Below are positions 28,498 through 39,349 of a stretch of 64,000 nt of DNA, in pieces; the stretch's first letter is position 1; each line of letters starts with the position of its first letter. The DNA is taken from contig CAWFFH010000004.1 of the NCBI GenBank assembly GCA_963815095.1, positions 1 to 64,000 on the forward strand, written 5' to 3'. Both the position numbers and the translations under genes were made by a program. The notes beneath the pieces are model-generated. The model did not search any database. It had not been told where the DNA came from and saw nothing but the letters and a program-made list of their open reading frames with translations. This DNA comes from Candidatus Bathyarchaeota archaeon (GTDB lineage Archaea; Thermoproteota; Bathyarchaeia; Bathyarchaeales; Bathycorpusculaceae).

Positions 28498-28761
28498 TTG
28501 GTCGATCGGTCCTATCAAGTTAACAAGCAAACGGATATCAAATATTTCGGCTGGATGGAAGTTGACGTCGAGTTGAGCCAAAATGATACAGCGACGTTTA
28601 GCGAATTTTCTGTCGCTGAAAACATTAATGTTGCTACTCTTGTACGTAAAAGTGACGCCACAGAGCTGACTTGTAGCATAGCCAACAACCAAGTGACTTG
28701 CACTAACGCAGGAGTGAACATGCAATGTGTTCTGTTTTTGGTGGGAGTGAAGGCGGTTTAA
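28498..28761 (+). CDS. Proviral small structural-region protein
   Basis: First ORF of a tightly packed + strand viral operon. Confidence 0.6.
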   Translation: MVDRSYQVNKQTDIKYFGWMEVDVELSQNDTATFSEFSVAENINVATLVRKSDATELTCSIANNQVTCTNAGVNMQCVLFLVGVKAV

Positions 28762-28762
28762 A

Positions 28763-29122
28763 ATGGGCATCATAGTTAACGCTGAGCTTATCAAGTCAAC
28801 GCTCAACATTCCCACTGCAGTCTCAAACCAATCCATAGAGAACCTAGCCGATGCTACAATTGATGTTCTCAACAGTTTAGGTGCTGATCTTCCCAATATG
28901 AGCGGCAACTCTGGGACAAAAACGCTCAGCTTAGACAGTAAAAACAGAGGCAAGTTTTGGCTGGCCATCCGGGCAACCTACAATAGCCTAAAAGATCTAA
29001 CGCAAAAAAGCGTTGGAGATATCTCTTTTACTCCTGCAGATTTGCTTAGCAATGATGCGGTTATGCAGCAGCTGCAGAAAGTCGCTCAACTATCAACAGA
29101 TGTCACGGCTAGGAGAGGTTAG
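28763..29122 (+). CDS. Putative head-tail connector/adaptor
   Basis: Size, helical character and position; KSVGDISFT-like motif. Confidence 0.45.
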   Translation: MGIIVNAELIKSTLNIPTAVSNQSIENLADATIDVLNSLGADLPNMSGNSGTKTLSLDSKNRGKFWLAIRATYNSLKDLTQKSVGDISFTPADLLSNDAVMQQLQKVAQLSTDVTARRG

Positions 29123-29133
29123 CGCTGGGTAAG

Positions 29134-30747
29134 GTGCCGCAGGACTATCATGATTTTTGCCTCTATTTTGGGGAGTGGCTCTATGCTGTCACGGCAGACG
29201 TCACCCTGGATGCTCCTGCAGCCCAGAAGAACATGACAGTAGAAAACGGCGCCGTTTTTGCTGCTAATATGCCTGTCTGGATTAAAGACAGTGCACATAG
29301 TGAATGGAACTATGTAGATTCAGTTTTAGGCAACGTGGTTACCCTCAAAAATAACCTGCAATACACTTACTATGTCGCCAAAGGGGCAGAGGTAGATCAC
29401 CCAGATACCAGCTTTGGCAAAGCAGCTTTTGCATCAGCCTTTGCATTGGAGTATCTCTATGAAGCCTACTCTGCAGGGCAATTCCAAAGCAGCCAAGCAG
29501 CCATATTAACACGAATAGGGGAGCTAGCTGATTTTATCTTAACTCAGCAATGCACAAACCCTGCAATGCAAGCCTATGGTGGATTCAAAAGCGCTGAAGG
29601 CTCAGTCGCATACTACTCGATCGATGGCGGGCGCTGCATTCCAGCATTACTGAAGGCCTACAAACTTACCAACAACTCTGCCTATCTTGATGCTGCAAAA
29701 TTGGCTGGGTACACTTTCCTCTATAACATGCAGCACATCCCAGCAAGTCTAGGGCTAACGGATACCTACTATGGCGGCTTAGCAATGTATGTCACTGACA
29801 CCGACGCCTATGGGGTGATGATGATGGTCGAGGACTGCTACGACATCATCGGGCTTACCATGCTAGCTCGCATCTACGACTCAGGCAACGCAGCGCGGTA
29901 CAATGGCATTGTTGAAGATATGCTCAAGTTCTATCGGGAAGGACTTGAGAACTTTTACCTCTATTATGAAGCCCCACCTTCTGGCGCTGGAAAATGGTAT
30001 CGTATTGGATTGGCTGATGAGCAAATCTATGACGACCCCGTGAGCTATGCACTGCTTGGACTCTATACTTACGAAGGCTTTAGTCAAACTGTGCAGCGAG
30101 TCTATGACTTTCTGCAGAATATTCCCCAAAACGGCACCTACCCAGATTATCAGCCCAACGTTTGCTGGCCAGGATACATTAACGTAGTTACCAGGGCACC
30201 CGATTGCCCCTACTACGATGCAGTCACAATCGGGATCCTCGAGAGCATCCGCAAAGTTGTTGACAAGCCCAGCTATGAGCTCGCCTACCAAATCGCCACA
30301 AAATATGCTAAGAGTTTTCTCTATTGGGGACCTATCTACAAAGACTATTCACCGGTGACGCCTCAAAAAGCAACAACAGAGGTTGCATGGCTAGCTCGCA
30401 TGTATGTCAACTATAGCCTGCCTCAAACTGATTTTAGTATGTTGCTCGAACACGAGGGAGAACGAGTTGAGCTCTATTCAGTTAAACAAGCAGCGGACAT
30501 CACAACTTATGCGCCTGCCCTGGTAATGCCTGCAGTGATCAAGAATGCATCGGTCAAAGAAACACTCATTGAAGCAGGCTATATCCTAACGGATTACTTG
30601 GTGATGTACTCGCTAATTCCAGTGCGTCCTCGAGACAAGATCAGACGTCGAGGAGCTGACTACGAAGTGCAGACGGTACAAAAGATCATTTTAGAAAACC
30701 AGCCAATGGGCTATAAATCTGATTTGCGGAGGCTGCAGAACAATTGA
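29134..30747 (+). CDS. Alpha/alpha-toroid-like domain fused to a head-closure-like C-terminal domain
   Basis: ALLKAYKLTNNSAYLDAAK-type helical repeats; C-terminal ~105 aa VRPRDKIRRRGADYEVQTV. Confidence 0.55.
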   Translation: MPQDYHDFCLYFGEWLYAVTADVTLDAPAAQKNMTVENGAVFAANMPVWIKDSAHSEWNYVDSVLGNVVTLKNNLQYTYYVAKGAEVDHPDTSFGKAAFASAFALEYLYEAYSAGQFQSSQAAILTRIGELADFILTQQCTNPAMQAYGGFKSAEGSVAYYSIDGGRCIPALLKAYKLTNNSAYLDAAKLAGYTFLYNMQHIPASLGLTDTYYGGLAMYVTDTDAYGVMMMVEDCYDIIGLTMLARIYDSGNAARYNGIVEDMLKFYREGLENFYLYYEAPPSGAGKWYRIGLADEQIYDDPVSYALLGLYTYEGFSQTVQRVYDFLQNIPQNGTYPDYQPNVCWPGYINVVTRAPDCPYYDAVTIGILESIRKVVDKPSYELAYQIATKYAKSFLYWGPIYKDYSPVTPQKATTEVAWLARMYVNYSLPQTDFSMLLEHEGERVELYSVKQAADITTYAPALVMPAVIKNASVKETLIEAGYILTDYLVMYSLIPVRPRDKIRRRGADYEVQTVQKIILENQPMGYKSDLRRLQNN

Positions 30748-31749
30748 GCTTAAATGAAAACCCCATGTCAACTGTGCTCCGATTAATCGACAATCGCATC
30801 GTAGTAGTGAAGGATAACCAAGCGCGGGCTAAGATCAAATGTAGCGAAGAAAACATTGATCGAGAGCTTCTAAAAGACTATGACGCCCAAATCACAGCTG
30901 CTCTGATGCCAAACACCCAGGTGCAGCGGCTAAGCTTAAACGGAAAACTACGCCGTCGCATACCGTTGATCAAAGTTACAGCTGTCTCCATGAATAAGGA
31001 GATGTCAACGGCAGACCCGGGCAAAAAGATGAGAGACAAACTCACGGAGCAAATTCTGGCCATAATCCAAGAGTGCCGCGCCATCCCGTTTGAGACAACA
31101 TACAACTTTTACGGTCTCGGCTACCCCGAAGGCACACCACACAAAGCCCTAGATGCAGTAGCGGTCTCAGATCTAGCTCCCTCGAGCGCTACCTGGGCAG
31201 AACTCAGCGCACCAAACTACCAAAAAGTCTGGAGCAATGACGACATCATGCATTCAAAAGCAACGTCAACTGCAGGGCAATACCCTGAGATGTTATTCCG
31301 TTTTAAGATCGGGAAGAAAGACAACTTTGATCTGCAGCCTCTGGAAACATGCGTCAAAAGTATTGTTCTGACTTTTGTAGGCTATGGTCTTGCAGCAGCT
31401 GGAAACGGCGTTACATTTCAAGTCTGGAACCACACTACAAGCGCCTGGGCAAATGCTCAATCAAGCAGTGGTGGCGCCAAAGAAACCCTAACAATAACGC
31501 TAGCTGTGCCCTTGACAGACTATATCGACGCTGATGGGTACTGCTGGGTAATGGCTAGAACAAAGAATCCCAGCGCTGGAGCATGCAACAACTCTCTATT
31601 GTGACTTTATCCAGGCATTCATTCAGGTTAAAGGGCTATCTCACATTGACGTCGAAACCTACGGTCACTCCGACGATCTCAGCGTCAAACCAATCCTCTT
31701 CAAGGCAGAATTTATTCTCAAAGGCTGGTTATTCGAGAACATAACTTGA
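30744..31749 (+). CDS. Putative tail terminator/neck protein with an inserted domain, frameshifted near 31590
   Basis: Position before the tail tube; the frame continues to GWLFENIT*. Confidence 0.5.
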
Positions 31750-31767
31750 TGGTAACGGTGAAATGAA

Positions 31768-32626
31768 ATGGTTGAAACATATGGCGTAGACCAAGAACGC
31801 ATCTACTACGTAAATGAAACAGTAAAAGGAACAACACCTGCAACACCTGCAATGCTAGGCGTCCCCCATGAATCACTCGACCCGGGAATAAACCCAAACA
31901 ACCTACTGCTAAGATCAGGCGGCAGCTATGACCTAGTCGCCATAAAAAGGGGCACACGAACAGCAACGCTAAAAGTAACCTACCCTCTGCCCTCGTCAGC
32001 TCCCATAAGCCTACTGCAGTATGCTAAACGAGACCTCGACACATCCCTAGCCGTTCAAGTGCTCTACTACAAAGGCGCCTTCGCAACAGCAACCGACATT
32101 CTAAGCCTAGTCTATAACTACATGCGCATAGCCAAAGCTTCTGTCAGCTGCGAGATCGACGACGTCATCAAAGCATCGCTTGAGTTGATCGGACAAAATG
32201 TTACCCCAGGCACCAGCAAAATCGCCGACGCAACCTACACCGATCACGTAGGCGCGGTAGCTTTCAATGAAACTGCAGTAACCATAGGCGCGACAACAGA
32301 AGACCGAGTAATCGGCTGGAAATTCGATATTGTCAACAACCCCAAACAGGTTCCGGTAATTCGAAGTGCTAACGGCTACTTGGCAAAATACGTGCCCTTT
32401 GGGAAACGTCAGCTTAGTGGTGAAGTGCGCTTCGAATTTGAAAGCATGACAGAGATGGCCGCAGTTCTCGCAGACACTCAGCAAAATATCGCATTCGGTT
32501 TAGGCGGCGCCGTCTATTGCAACTTTTCAAAACTGTAAGTGGTCAAACGTCACTCATTCCAAGTGGCTCGACGACCTAATCCAGTGCACGGCAACCTTTG
32601 ATGCAACAAGCCTAACTATTGTGTGA
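31768..32626 (+). CDS. Major tail tube protein, frameshifted near 32515
   Basis: Y..ET..GTTP, WKFDIVNN and GKRQLSGEVRFEF motifs. Confidence 0.75.
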
Positions 32627-32670
32627 TATGTGAGGTTTTAAAAACAAAACTCTTAGACATCCTGTAATAG

Positions 32671-33209
32671 ATGGTTGAAATGGAAACGCAAACAGTAAAG
32701 ATTGACAAGCGCTTCGGGAGCCAATTTGAAGGATCCTATGAGTTTCGCCAAATTACACAAGGCGAGTATGAGAAGGTCCTCGTAGGCTACATGGATGCAG
32801 TGGGCAAGGTTGCCAAGCAGGATATTTTGAAACTTAATCGGGAGTGCCTCTGGAATTCCCTGGTAAGTCAGCCTTCCTCGAAACCGTTGACTAAAGATAT
32901 CGTAGTTCAAGGGCGCCTTCCCTATGGTCTAAGCCTCAAACTGCAGGGAATATACGACAAAATTAACGGCATAGACATGGAAGAAGAACGTTTTTTACCA
33001 TCGCCATCACAGGAAAGCGCCCCCACGCCAAACTCACAAAGTTCATAATGTGCGAGCGATTCGGCTGGACAGAAAAAGAGTATGACGAAACCTCAAGAAA
33101 GACGCTCATCGAGTTCACTCTAATCCTACGTACACTCGATAAAATGGCACAAGAGGAAGCAAAGAAGGCGCAACAAGAACAGGAGTCGCATAAGCCCCAT
33201 GGCAGTTGA
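32671..33209 (+). CDS. Tail assembly chaperone G/GT with a programmed -1 frameshift
   Basis: G ORF 32671-33048; slippery T TTT TTA at 32991-32997; -1 frame open to 33209 (CERFGWTEKEYD). Confidence 0.8.
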
Positions 33210-33567
33210 CGTCTACCTAAACATTGACGGTACAGAAGAGTTTGTCCAGGCAATCCAGCGTTTTGATGTTGCGCTCCAGGAGAAAGTCCGGGAGTGGCTA
33301 TATAATTGGGCGCAGCGGGTAGCCTCTGAGGCAAATCGTCGAGCTCCGGAACGAACAGGGTACCTCAAAAGCGCAATCTATGCAACTGTCCAGGAATGGG
33401 TCGCTTTGGTTGGGGCAAGGGCAGCCTATAGTTATTTTGTTGAGTTTGGGACTCGCTACATGATGGCTCAGCCGTTTCTGTATCCAGCAGTTCAGGAGTA
33501 CCTTCCTGAGCTCGAGACAAATATTATAGGTGCAATCGAACAAGCAAAAACTGAGGCTGGGCTATGA
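33199..33567 (+). CDS. HK97 gp10-like tail/neck protein
   Basis: APERTGYLKSAI, YSYFVEFGTRYMMAQPFLYPA. Confidence 0.88.
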   Translation: MAVDVYLNIDGTEEFVQAIQRFDVALQEKVREWLYNWAQRVASEANRRAPERTGYLKSAIYATVQEWVALVGARAAYSYFVEFGTRYMMAQPFLYPAVQEYLPELETNIIGAIEQAKTEAGL

Positions 33568-34107
33568 GTTTCCGAGAAATCGTATGTTCCATCCGAGCGG
33601 TGAATCGAGCTAGTCATGAATTCAATCGCATTCAAACAGACGCCGAGTCAATGGCTGCAAGAATCAAATCTTTAGGGTCTGCGCTAGCCGGGATCGGTGC
33701 TGCAGGCGCCTCCGTGGGATATCTCGCTAACATGTTTGGAATCCTAAACGACGAACAAGCCAAAGTTTTCAACGGCACAATGATGTTGATCTCCGTTGTC
33801 GGTGTACTTATGAGGACTCAAACTGGCTTGGCTATAGCTCAAAAGGTCTATGCTGCAGCCTGCGCTTTTGCAACTGCAGTGCAAAATGCCCTCAACATCA
33901 GTTATGGCACCTTTCTCGCATCTGACTGGGGTTGGTATTGCAGTGATTGCGGCTGCTGCAGTTGCAATGTATGCTTTCGCTAACAGTATGAATATGGCAA
34001 CGGCTAAGCGTGCAAAACTTCAACTCTTCTGCCGCTCAAACTCCTGCTCGCGTTAAAGGGCATTATCGAGCGGTGACGCTGGGTTGCTACGACGAGGGAT
34101 AGAATAA
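33564..34107 (+). CDS. Very short tape-measure-like protein (~180 aa), frameshifted
   Basis: IRAVNRAS N-terminus; Ala-rich LTGVGIAVIAAAAVA segment; follows the chaperone and gp10 genes. Confidence 0.6.
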
Positions 34108-34109
34108 AA

Positions 34110-36940
34110 ATGGCAGTTGTCGAACCTGCAGCTCCAGCAATCGGCTTAATTTTTGGCGCCGTAGCCCCCCCAAACTGACGTTGTTGAACTCTTCGTGCAC
34201 TTCGGCTGCAGCAAAGAAGTAAGCAGCTATGAGGTGAAACTCATACAATTGGAATGGCAAATACAGCCCCAGCTGGAGCCTACCCAATTACAGTGGGAAT
34301 GAGATGGCTCAATCTCCCTAGGGCAGAACCCCAAACATGCCTCTAGCTTATGACGCTGCGAGTGGAAAACGTCAAGTACCACGTCAAGCCCAGACAGAAA
34401 ACTACGTCATTAGTTTCTGGTCGCTGCTGGGGTGAGCGCCTATTCCGCAGGACAGTAACTGCAAACTATACGCTCATAAAAGGCGAAGAGATCGTCAAAG
34501 ACTTGATGGATTATTATGCAGGCCTCAGCCACGTTAGAGGCGCCGTGCAACTTGTAGAAAACACAGATACAACTTATAGCTCAGTAGCTCGAATACGAGG
34601 ATTCGCCAGTATGGGATATCCTCAAATATATAGCAGAAACAGCCGACAAATCAGGAGTTATAGGCTTTGATTTCAGAGTCGCGCCGGACGGCAAATTTGA
34701 GTTTTTCCCCAAGCTACTCCAAAACAAACGCAACAGTAATAGTCGAAAACATTGATGAGTCAGCTGTGTATGAAATAGATATCATCCGAATAAGAAACAA
34801 AGTCACTGTCTATGGGTTAGCCGATAAAAGCATCCCAACGGATAAGGTATCCTGGACACGCAGCCTAACTCCCTCAGATGGCGACTGGCAGCGAGACACA
34901 GGCGCCTAACTCAATAGATGCAACAGGAGCTCCAGACGGCGGTCCATGCGTCAAAGTTGCTGTTGCCTCCAACTATTGGGGAGGCGCCTACTCTTGAGCT
35001 TCACGCAGGCAGCGAAGTAAACACAAACAAGTATCCTACCCTGGACCTGCAGCTCAAAATGGCAGACACCTATTCTGGCACAGGGGAGCTTACCATATTT
35101 GACAGCTCTCTAAGGTCAGCAGCCAAAAATATCTCAGTTTCTCCAGACGTAACTTGGCATACTCTGGAAGTAGGCGTCGGCGCAGCCTATGCTAACCAAT
35201 GGGAATTTGTCGACCCAGCTTTTGATTGGACACGTGTAAAAACCGTTCGAGTAACCTTGTATTTTCCTTCAGGCGTCGGTAGCGGAAACTTTTGGATACA
35301 TGGTCTCTATTTTGGTGGTGCTCGCTACTCTGCAGTCGTTGAAGATCTTGCAAGCCAAGCAGCCTGGACAGACGGAGAGGCACGGGAATATTCTGAGACT
35401 GATGAGGAGCTCTGGAGCGACGAGGAATGTGAACGCCGAGCAGCTTCTCTTCTGGCATATCTCAAAGACCCAGCCGAATACGTTCACGTAGTAAGTACCA
35501 TTCTAGACTATGGAACCTCGCCTATCTTGGGAGGTGATGAATTACACGTCCATCTTCCAAACGAAAAAGTAGATAGTGACTTCCGGGTGGAAAGCGCTGA
35601 ATACAGAGTACCTCAAGAAGACCCTCTAACACTCGAAATTACCTTGGATCTCGGAAAGGAACCTCCACAACTTGCCGACTTTCTATATGGCCTACGTTGC
35701 CATTCACCAAACGTGGAAAAACTTAGCAGAACCAAACTGGGCAAAAGAGGAGTTCCAATTACCTCGAACGGTAGTGGTGGCAATGGCAGCTCTATTTTTT
35801 ACAGTAACGTTGAAGTCGACAAGACAGCACCCGTGTATAATTTGTTGACTGGTCGCACGCTCAAGGCTGCATTTGGGCATGATGGCGCCAATACTTTCTT
35901 AGTTGCATATTTGGGCAGTATTGTGTTAAGGGCTCCTACGGGGCATATTTTACCTGATGATGATGGTAGCCTTGATTTGGGTGATACGTCTATAGGTAAA
36001 CGGTTTGGTTCATCTGCACCTTAAAAATGATCTTTGGGTAGCAGGGGTTCAAACTGTAGACACTTTTGGTCGTGTAGCTCTGAATAGTTTTCCAAGAGAT
36101 GATGCAGGAAAAGTGCTTGAGGCTCAAGGTACTAACTTTGCTCCAATGTACGTTGATCCAAACAACCGTTATGTTCCAGCTGCACATACCCATGAAAGCC
36201 TTGTTAGTGGTACTAGACACGTTGCGATTGACCCAGATAATGCTGTCTTGAACTTTTATGATGACGCAAACTTAAAAGGTGCCATAGGGCACGACGGAGC
36301 AAACTTTTTCGTAGTCGCATACGACGGCAATCTCATTCTCTATTCAGCAACAGGTAAGATTCTGCCCAATACTGACGGCGGCGAAGACCTTGGAACAACG
36401 AGTTCCGCTAAACGGTTCGGCTCGCTACACCTAAAAAATGACCTCTGGGTTGCAGGCGTTCAAACAATCGAGACAAGCGGCAGAGTCAACATGGCTGGAA
36501 TGCCACGAGATACAGCAGGACTGATCATAGAAGCTCAAGGCGCTGGGTTCTATCCAATGTACGTCAACCCCAACGGCAGATATACTCCTGCAGCTCACAA
36601 CCACGCCAACATATATCCTGCAGGAGGCAATAACACCGGGTCATGTGGGGACACATCGAATTATTGGCATGTAATGGCGGGAGATAGCGTCTGGTACAAT
36701 GCCCTCGGCCACATGGACTACATGGATGACTTAGCCGTTATCAAACGAATTAAAATGAGTAAAAAAGTCGATGCTCAGGGCGTTCCATTGATCGATAATA
36801 AGAGCTTGCCTGAGGAGATGCGCTCCAAATCAGGTCTTGTGCACGGTGGGCATCTTTTGGGTTTAGCGATTGGGGCGATTAAGCAGTTGAATGCGAAAGT
36901 CGAGTTTCTAGAAAAACAGTTATCAAACGCGAGTGGTTAG
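34110..36940 (+). CDS. Tail tip/fibre protein with multiple frameshifts, an internal duplication and a chaperone-like C-terminus
   Basis: IRNKVTVYG, D..SQ..., duplicated GHDGAN...KRFGSLHLKNDLWVAGVQT...MYV.PN.RY.PAAH, C-terminal GAIKQLNAKVEFLE. Confidence 0.65.
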
Positions 36941-36953
36941 GAGGTGAAAATGA

Positions 36954-37274
36954 ATGGATTTGCAGATTCTGCTCGGTCCCTTTTTTCCCTATGTGGTCTC
37001 TATCGTTATCACATTGATGTATTCTACACTGGGTAAGACGTCCAGCGGGGAACCTTTCGATGCGAACAAGTTTTTGACGACTTTAGGCGTGCAAGTGGCT
37101 GCCCTGGTCAGCATCGGCTTTGCAGGTGAACCAAACATTACGGCATTAGCGCCCTCGGTTGTAACGGTGCTGTTCATGAAGGCATATAGTATCCACAAAA
37201 AGCGGAACGCTAGCCCAAAATCGTCACCGACTACGGTATCGATCTCGTACCAAACAGAAAAGACTACTATTTAG
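36954..37274 (+). CDS. Small membrane protein, holin-like position
   Basis: Two to three TM helices, GGAGGTGA RBS, end of the tail operon. Confidence 0.5.
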   Translation: MDLQILLGPFFPYVVSIVITLMYSTLGKTSSGEPFDANKFLTTLGVQVAALVSIGFAGEPNITALAPSVVTVLFMKAYSIHKKRNASPKSSPTTVSISYQTEKTTI

Positions 37275-37453
37275 CAGCTCTTTTCTCTTTTTTTGCCATC
37301 TGATTATATCTAGTAACTGTAACAAATCGGTCATTTGAATTCACTGGCTTTCTCTTTTCATCTGTTTAAGGATATAACATTTTTCAAGCAATTTATCGAA
37401 GCAAAAACTTAAAGCTAAAAACTACAATAGATTGAGAAAAAAGGGGAAACGGA

Positions 37454-39349
37454 TTGGCTGAACTTTTGGAGTTGGATAATTTGTACGAACATCTTGAAGA
37501 GAGAGCCATCGATTACAAATATCGAGATATCGCCAACCTTTTCCAAAAAATACGCGATAAAAAGCATGTGGCGAAAAAGCCTGATTTAGAGGCAATAGCT
37601 CAATGGGAAATGAATGTTTTCAATTTCTCCGTTGCCCAAAATGTTGTTAGTCCATCTTGGACTTTTCCTGACTCGGAAGGAAAACTGGTGAGCCACCCAA
37701 CATACGATGATTTTGTTCCTACATCATATGATTATATTATCAGAAGACTCGAATCAACAAACAACCCGATGCTCAAGGCAAGATACGCTCATGTATTGTG
37801 GTTTAGCCCTAAGAAACACGGCAAATACGCACTTTTAGCAGCAGATAAGTATCTTGAACTAATTAAGTTCTACGAACAGAAAGACAAAGAAAATCCGCAA
37901 AAATACTTTGGTTTCGATGTCTTAACTGCTGTAGAAAACGCTATTCTCATTTCAAGAAATATTAATGATACGACCAGAACAGACTTAGCAAAATCGGAAG
38001 TGAAACGTCTGATTTTCAATTTCAATGCAGAAAGCACTTGTTTGTTCAGGGTTCGCTCAGATTTGTTTGGATTAATGATAAGGGAGAAAACGATATTTTC
38101 AAAAGATGATTTTACTGGCATTGGAGAACTATGCTTCAACTTTTCTAAATCATTGGGAGATCCGCATCAAGCGATCTCTATTCTGAAACTTGGCAAAATG
38201 GTTGAAGAAAAAGCAGGAATAACCATCTACAACTGGGACGAATTGATTGCGGAATCATATGAAAAAATGATGAACGCGAACCTACAAAATAACAAACATG
38301 TTGCCATTGAATTTTGTGGCAAAGCGTTAGAGTATTACCAGCTTGCAAAAAATGAAAAGAAAAGCGAAAAACTAGAAGCTATTTACACAGAATTAAGCGG
38401 AAGCCTTGAATTCCCAAAAATTGAGGTTGAGATTGACCTTAAAGAATACATCGTTGACTGTGAAGAAAAAGTAACAAAATTGATGAAGTTTACATCTGAA
38501 CAAATAATTGGCTTCATTATGACGGATAAAAACTTGCTACCCGATTATACCGTGACAAAAGAGTTAACACAGAAAATCTTAAAACAGTTTCAGATGCAAG
38601 CTATTCTTCCAATAACTCTTACCGATGAGCAGGGACATACCGCTCAATGCTTCACAACAACACAAGAAATTGAAGTCTATCATACACTTCATCAATATCA
38701 TATGATTCTTGAGAACTATTGTTTGCGCTTTCTAAATATGGTATTCATTGAAGGATTGAAAGAGAACAAAATAACATATGAAGCGCTTATGGAATTTTTT
38801 CAAAAGTACAGCTGGTTCGGCAAAACTATTCCTAAAAAAAGATTCAATAAAGAGGTTCCAGACAATTGGTTAAGCTTGTTAGCGCCATCATTGTTTGAAT
38901 ATTTCGCTCAAATGGATTATTGGAGGGTTTCGGGAAATTATCCAAACTTAGTCTTGTGCATCGATTCATTGGTATTAAAGATTGAAGGATTACTTAGAGA
39001 AATGTTCTTTTTCAATGGTATAGCCACTTTTACTTCAAAGGCAGACAAGAAACATGGAAAGAGAATTACTTATGAAAAGGAATTAAATGCTCTTTTGAAC
39101 GAGAAAAGAATAAGCGAGTTGTTTGACCCTGATGACCTTTTGTTGTTCAAATTTGTACTCATAGAAAAAACAGGATACAATTTAAGGCATAAGATAGCGC
39201 ATTCCTTGATGCGTAGTGTTGAATATCAAATTCACTACATGCATCTCTTGATACTCATACTGCTGAAACTCAGCAGTTACAATCTAACAATAACGAGAAA
39301 AACTGAATCTAAAGAAAAATGTGAGTCAAAACCGAGTGAATCTAATTGA
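37454..39349 (+). CDS. DUF4209-like protein with a C-terminal HEPN-type RxxxxH motif
   Basis: IEGLLR...G.NLRHKIAHSL; AT-rich cargo gene. Confidence 0.7.
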   Translation: MAELLELDNLYEHLEERAIDYKYRDIANLFQKIRDKKHVAKKPDLEAIAQWEMNVFNFSVAQNVVSPSWTFPDSEGKLVSHPTYDDFVPTSYDYIIRRLESTNNPMLKARYAHVLWFSPKKHGKYALLAADKYLELIKFYEQKDKENPQKYFGFDVLTAVENAILISRNINDTTRTDLAKSEVKRLIFNFNAESTCLFRVRSDLFGLMIREKTIFSKDDFTGIGELCFNFSKSLGDPHQAISILKLGKMVEEKAGITIYNWDELIAESYEKMMNANLQNNKHVAIEFCGKALEYYQLAKNEKKSEKLEAIYTELSGSLEFPKIEVEIDLKEYIVDCEEKVTKLMKFTSEQIIGFIMTDKNLLPDYTVTKELTQKILKQFQMQAILPITLTDEQGHTAQCFTTTQEIEVYHTLHQYHMILENYCLRFLNMVFIEGLKENKITYEALMEFFQKYSWFGKTIPKKRFNKEVPDNWLSLLAPSLFEYFAQMDYWRVSGNYPNLVLCIDSLVLKIEGLLREMFFFNGIATFTSKADKKHGKRITYEKELNALLNEKRISELFDPDDLLLFKFVLIEKTGYNLRHKIAHSLMRSVEYQIHYMHLLILILLKLSSYNLTITRKTESKEKCESKPSESN

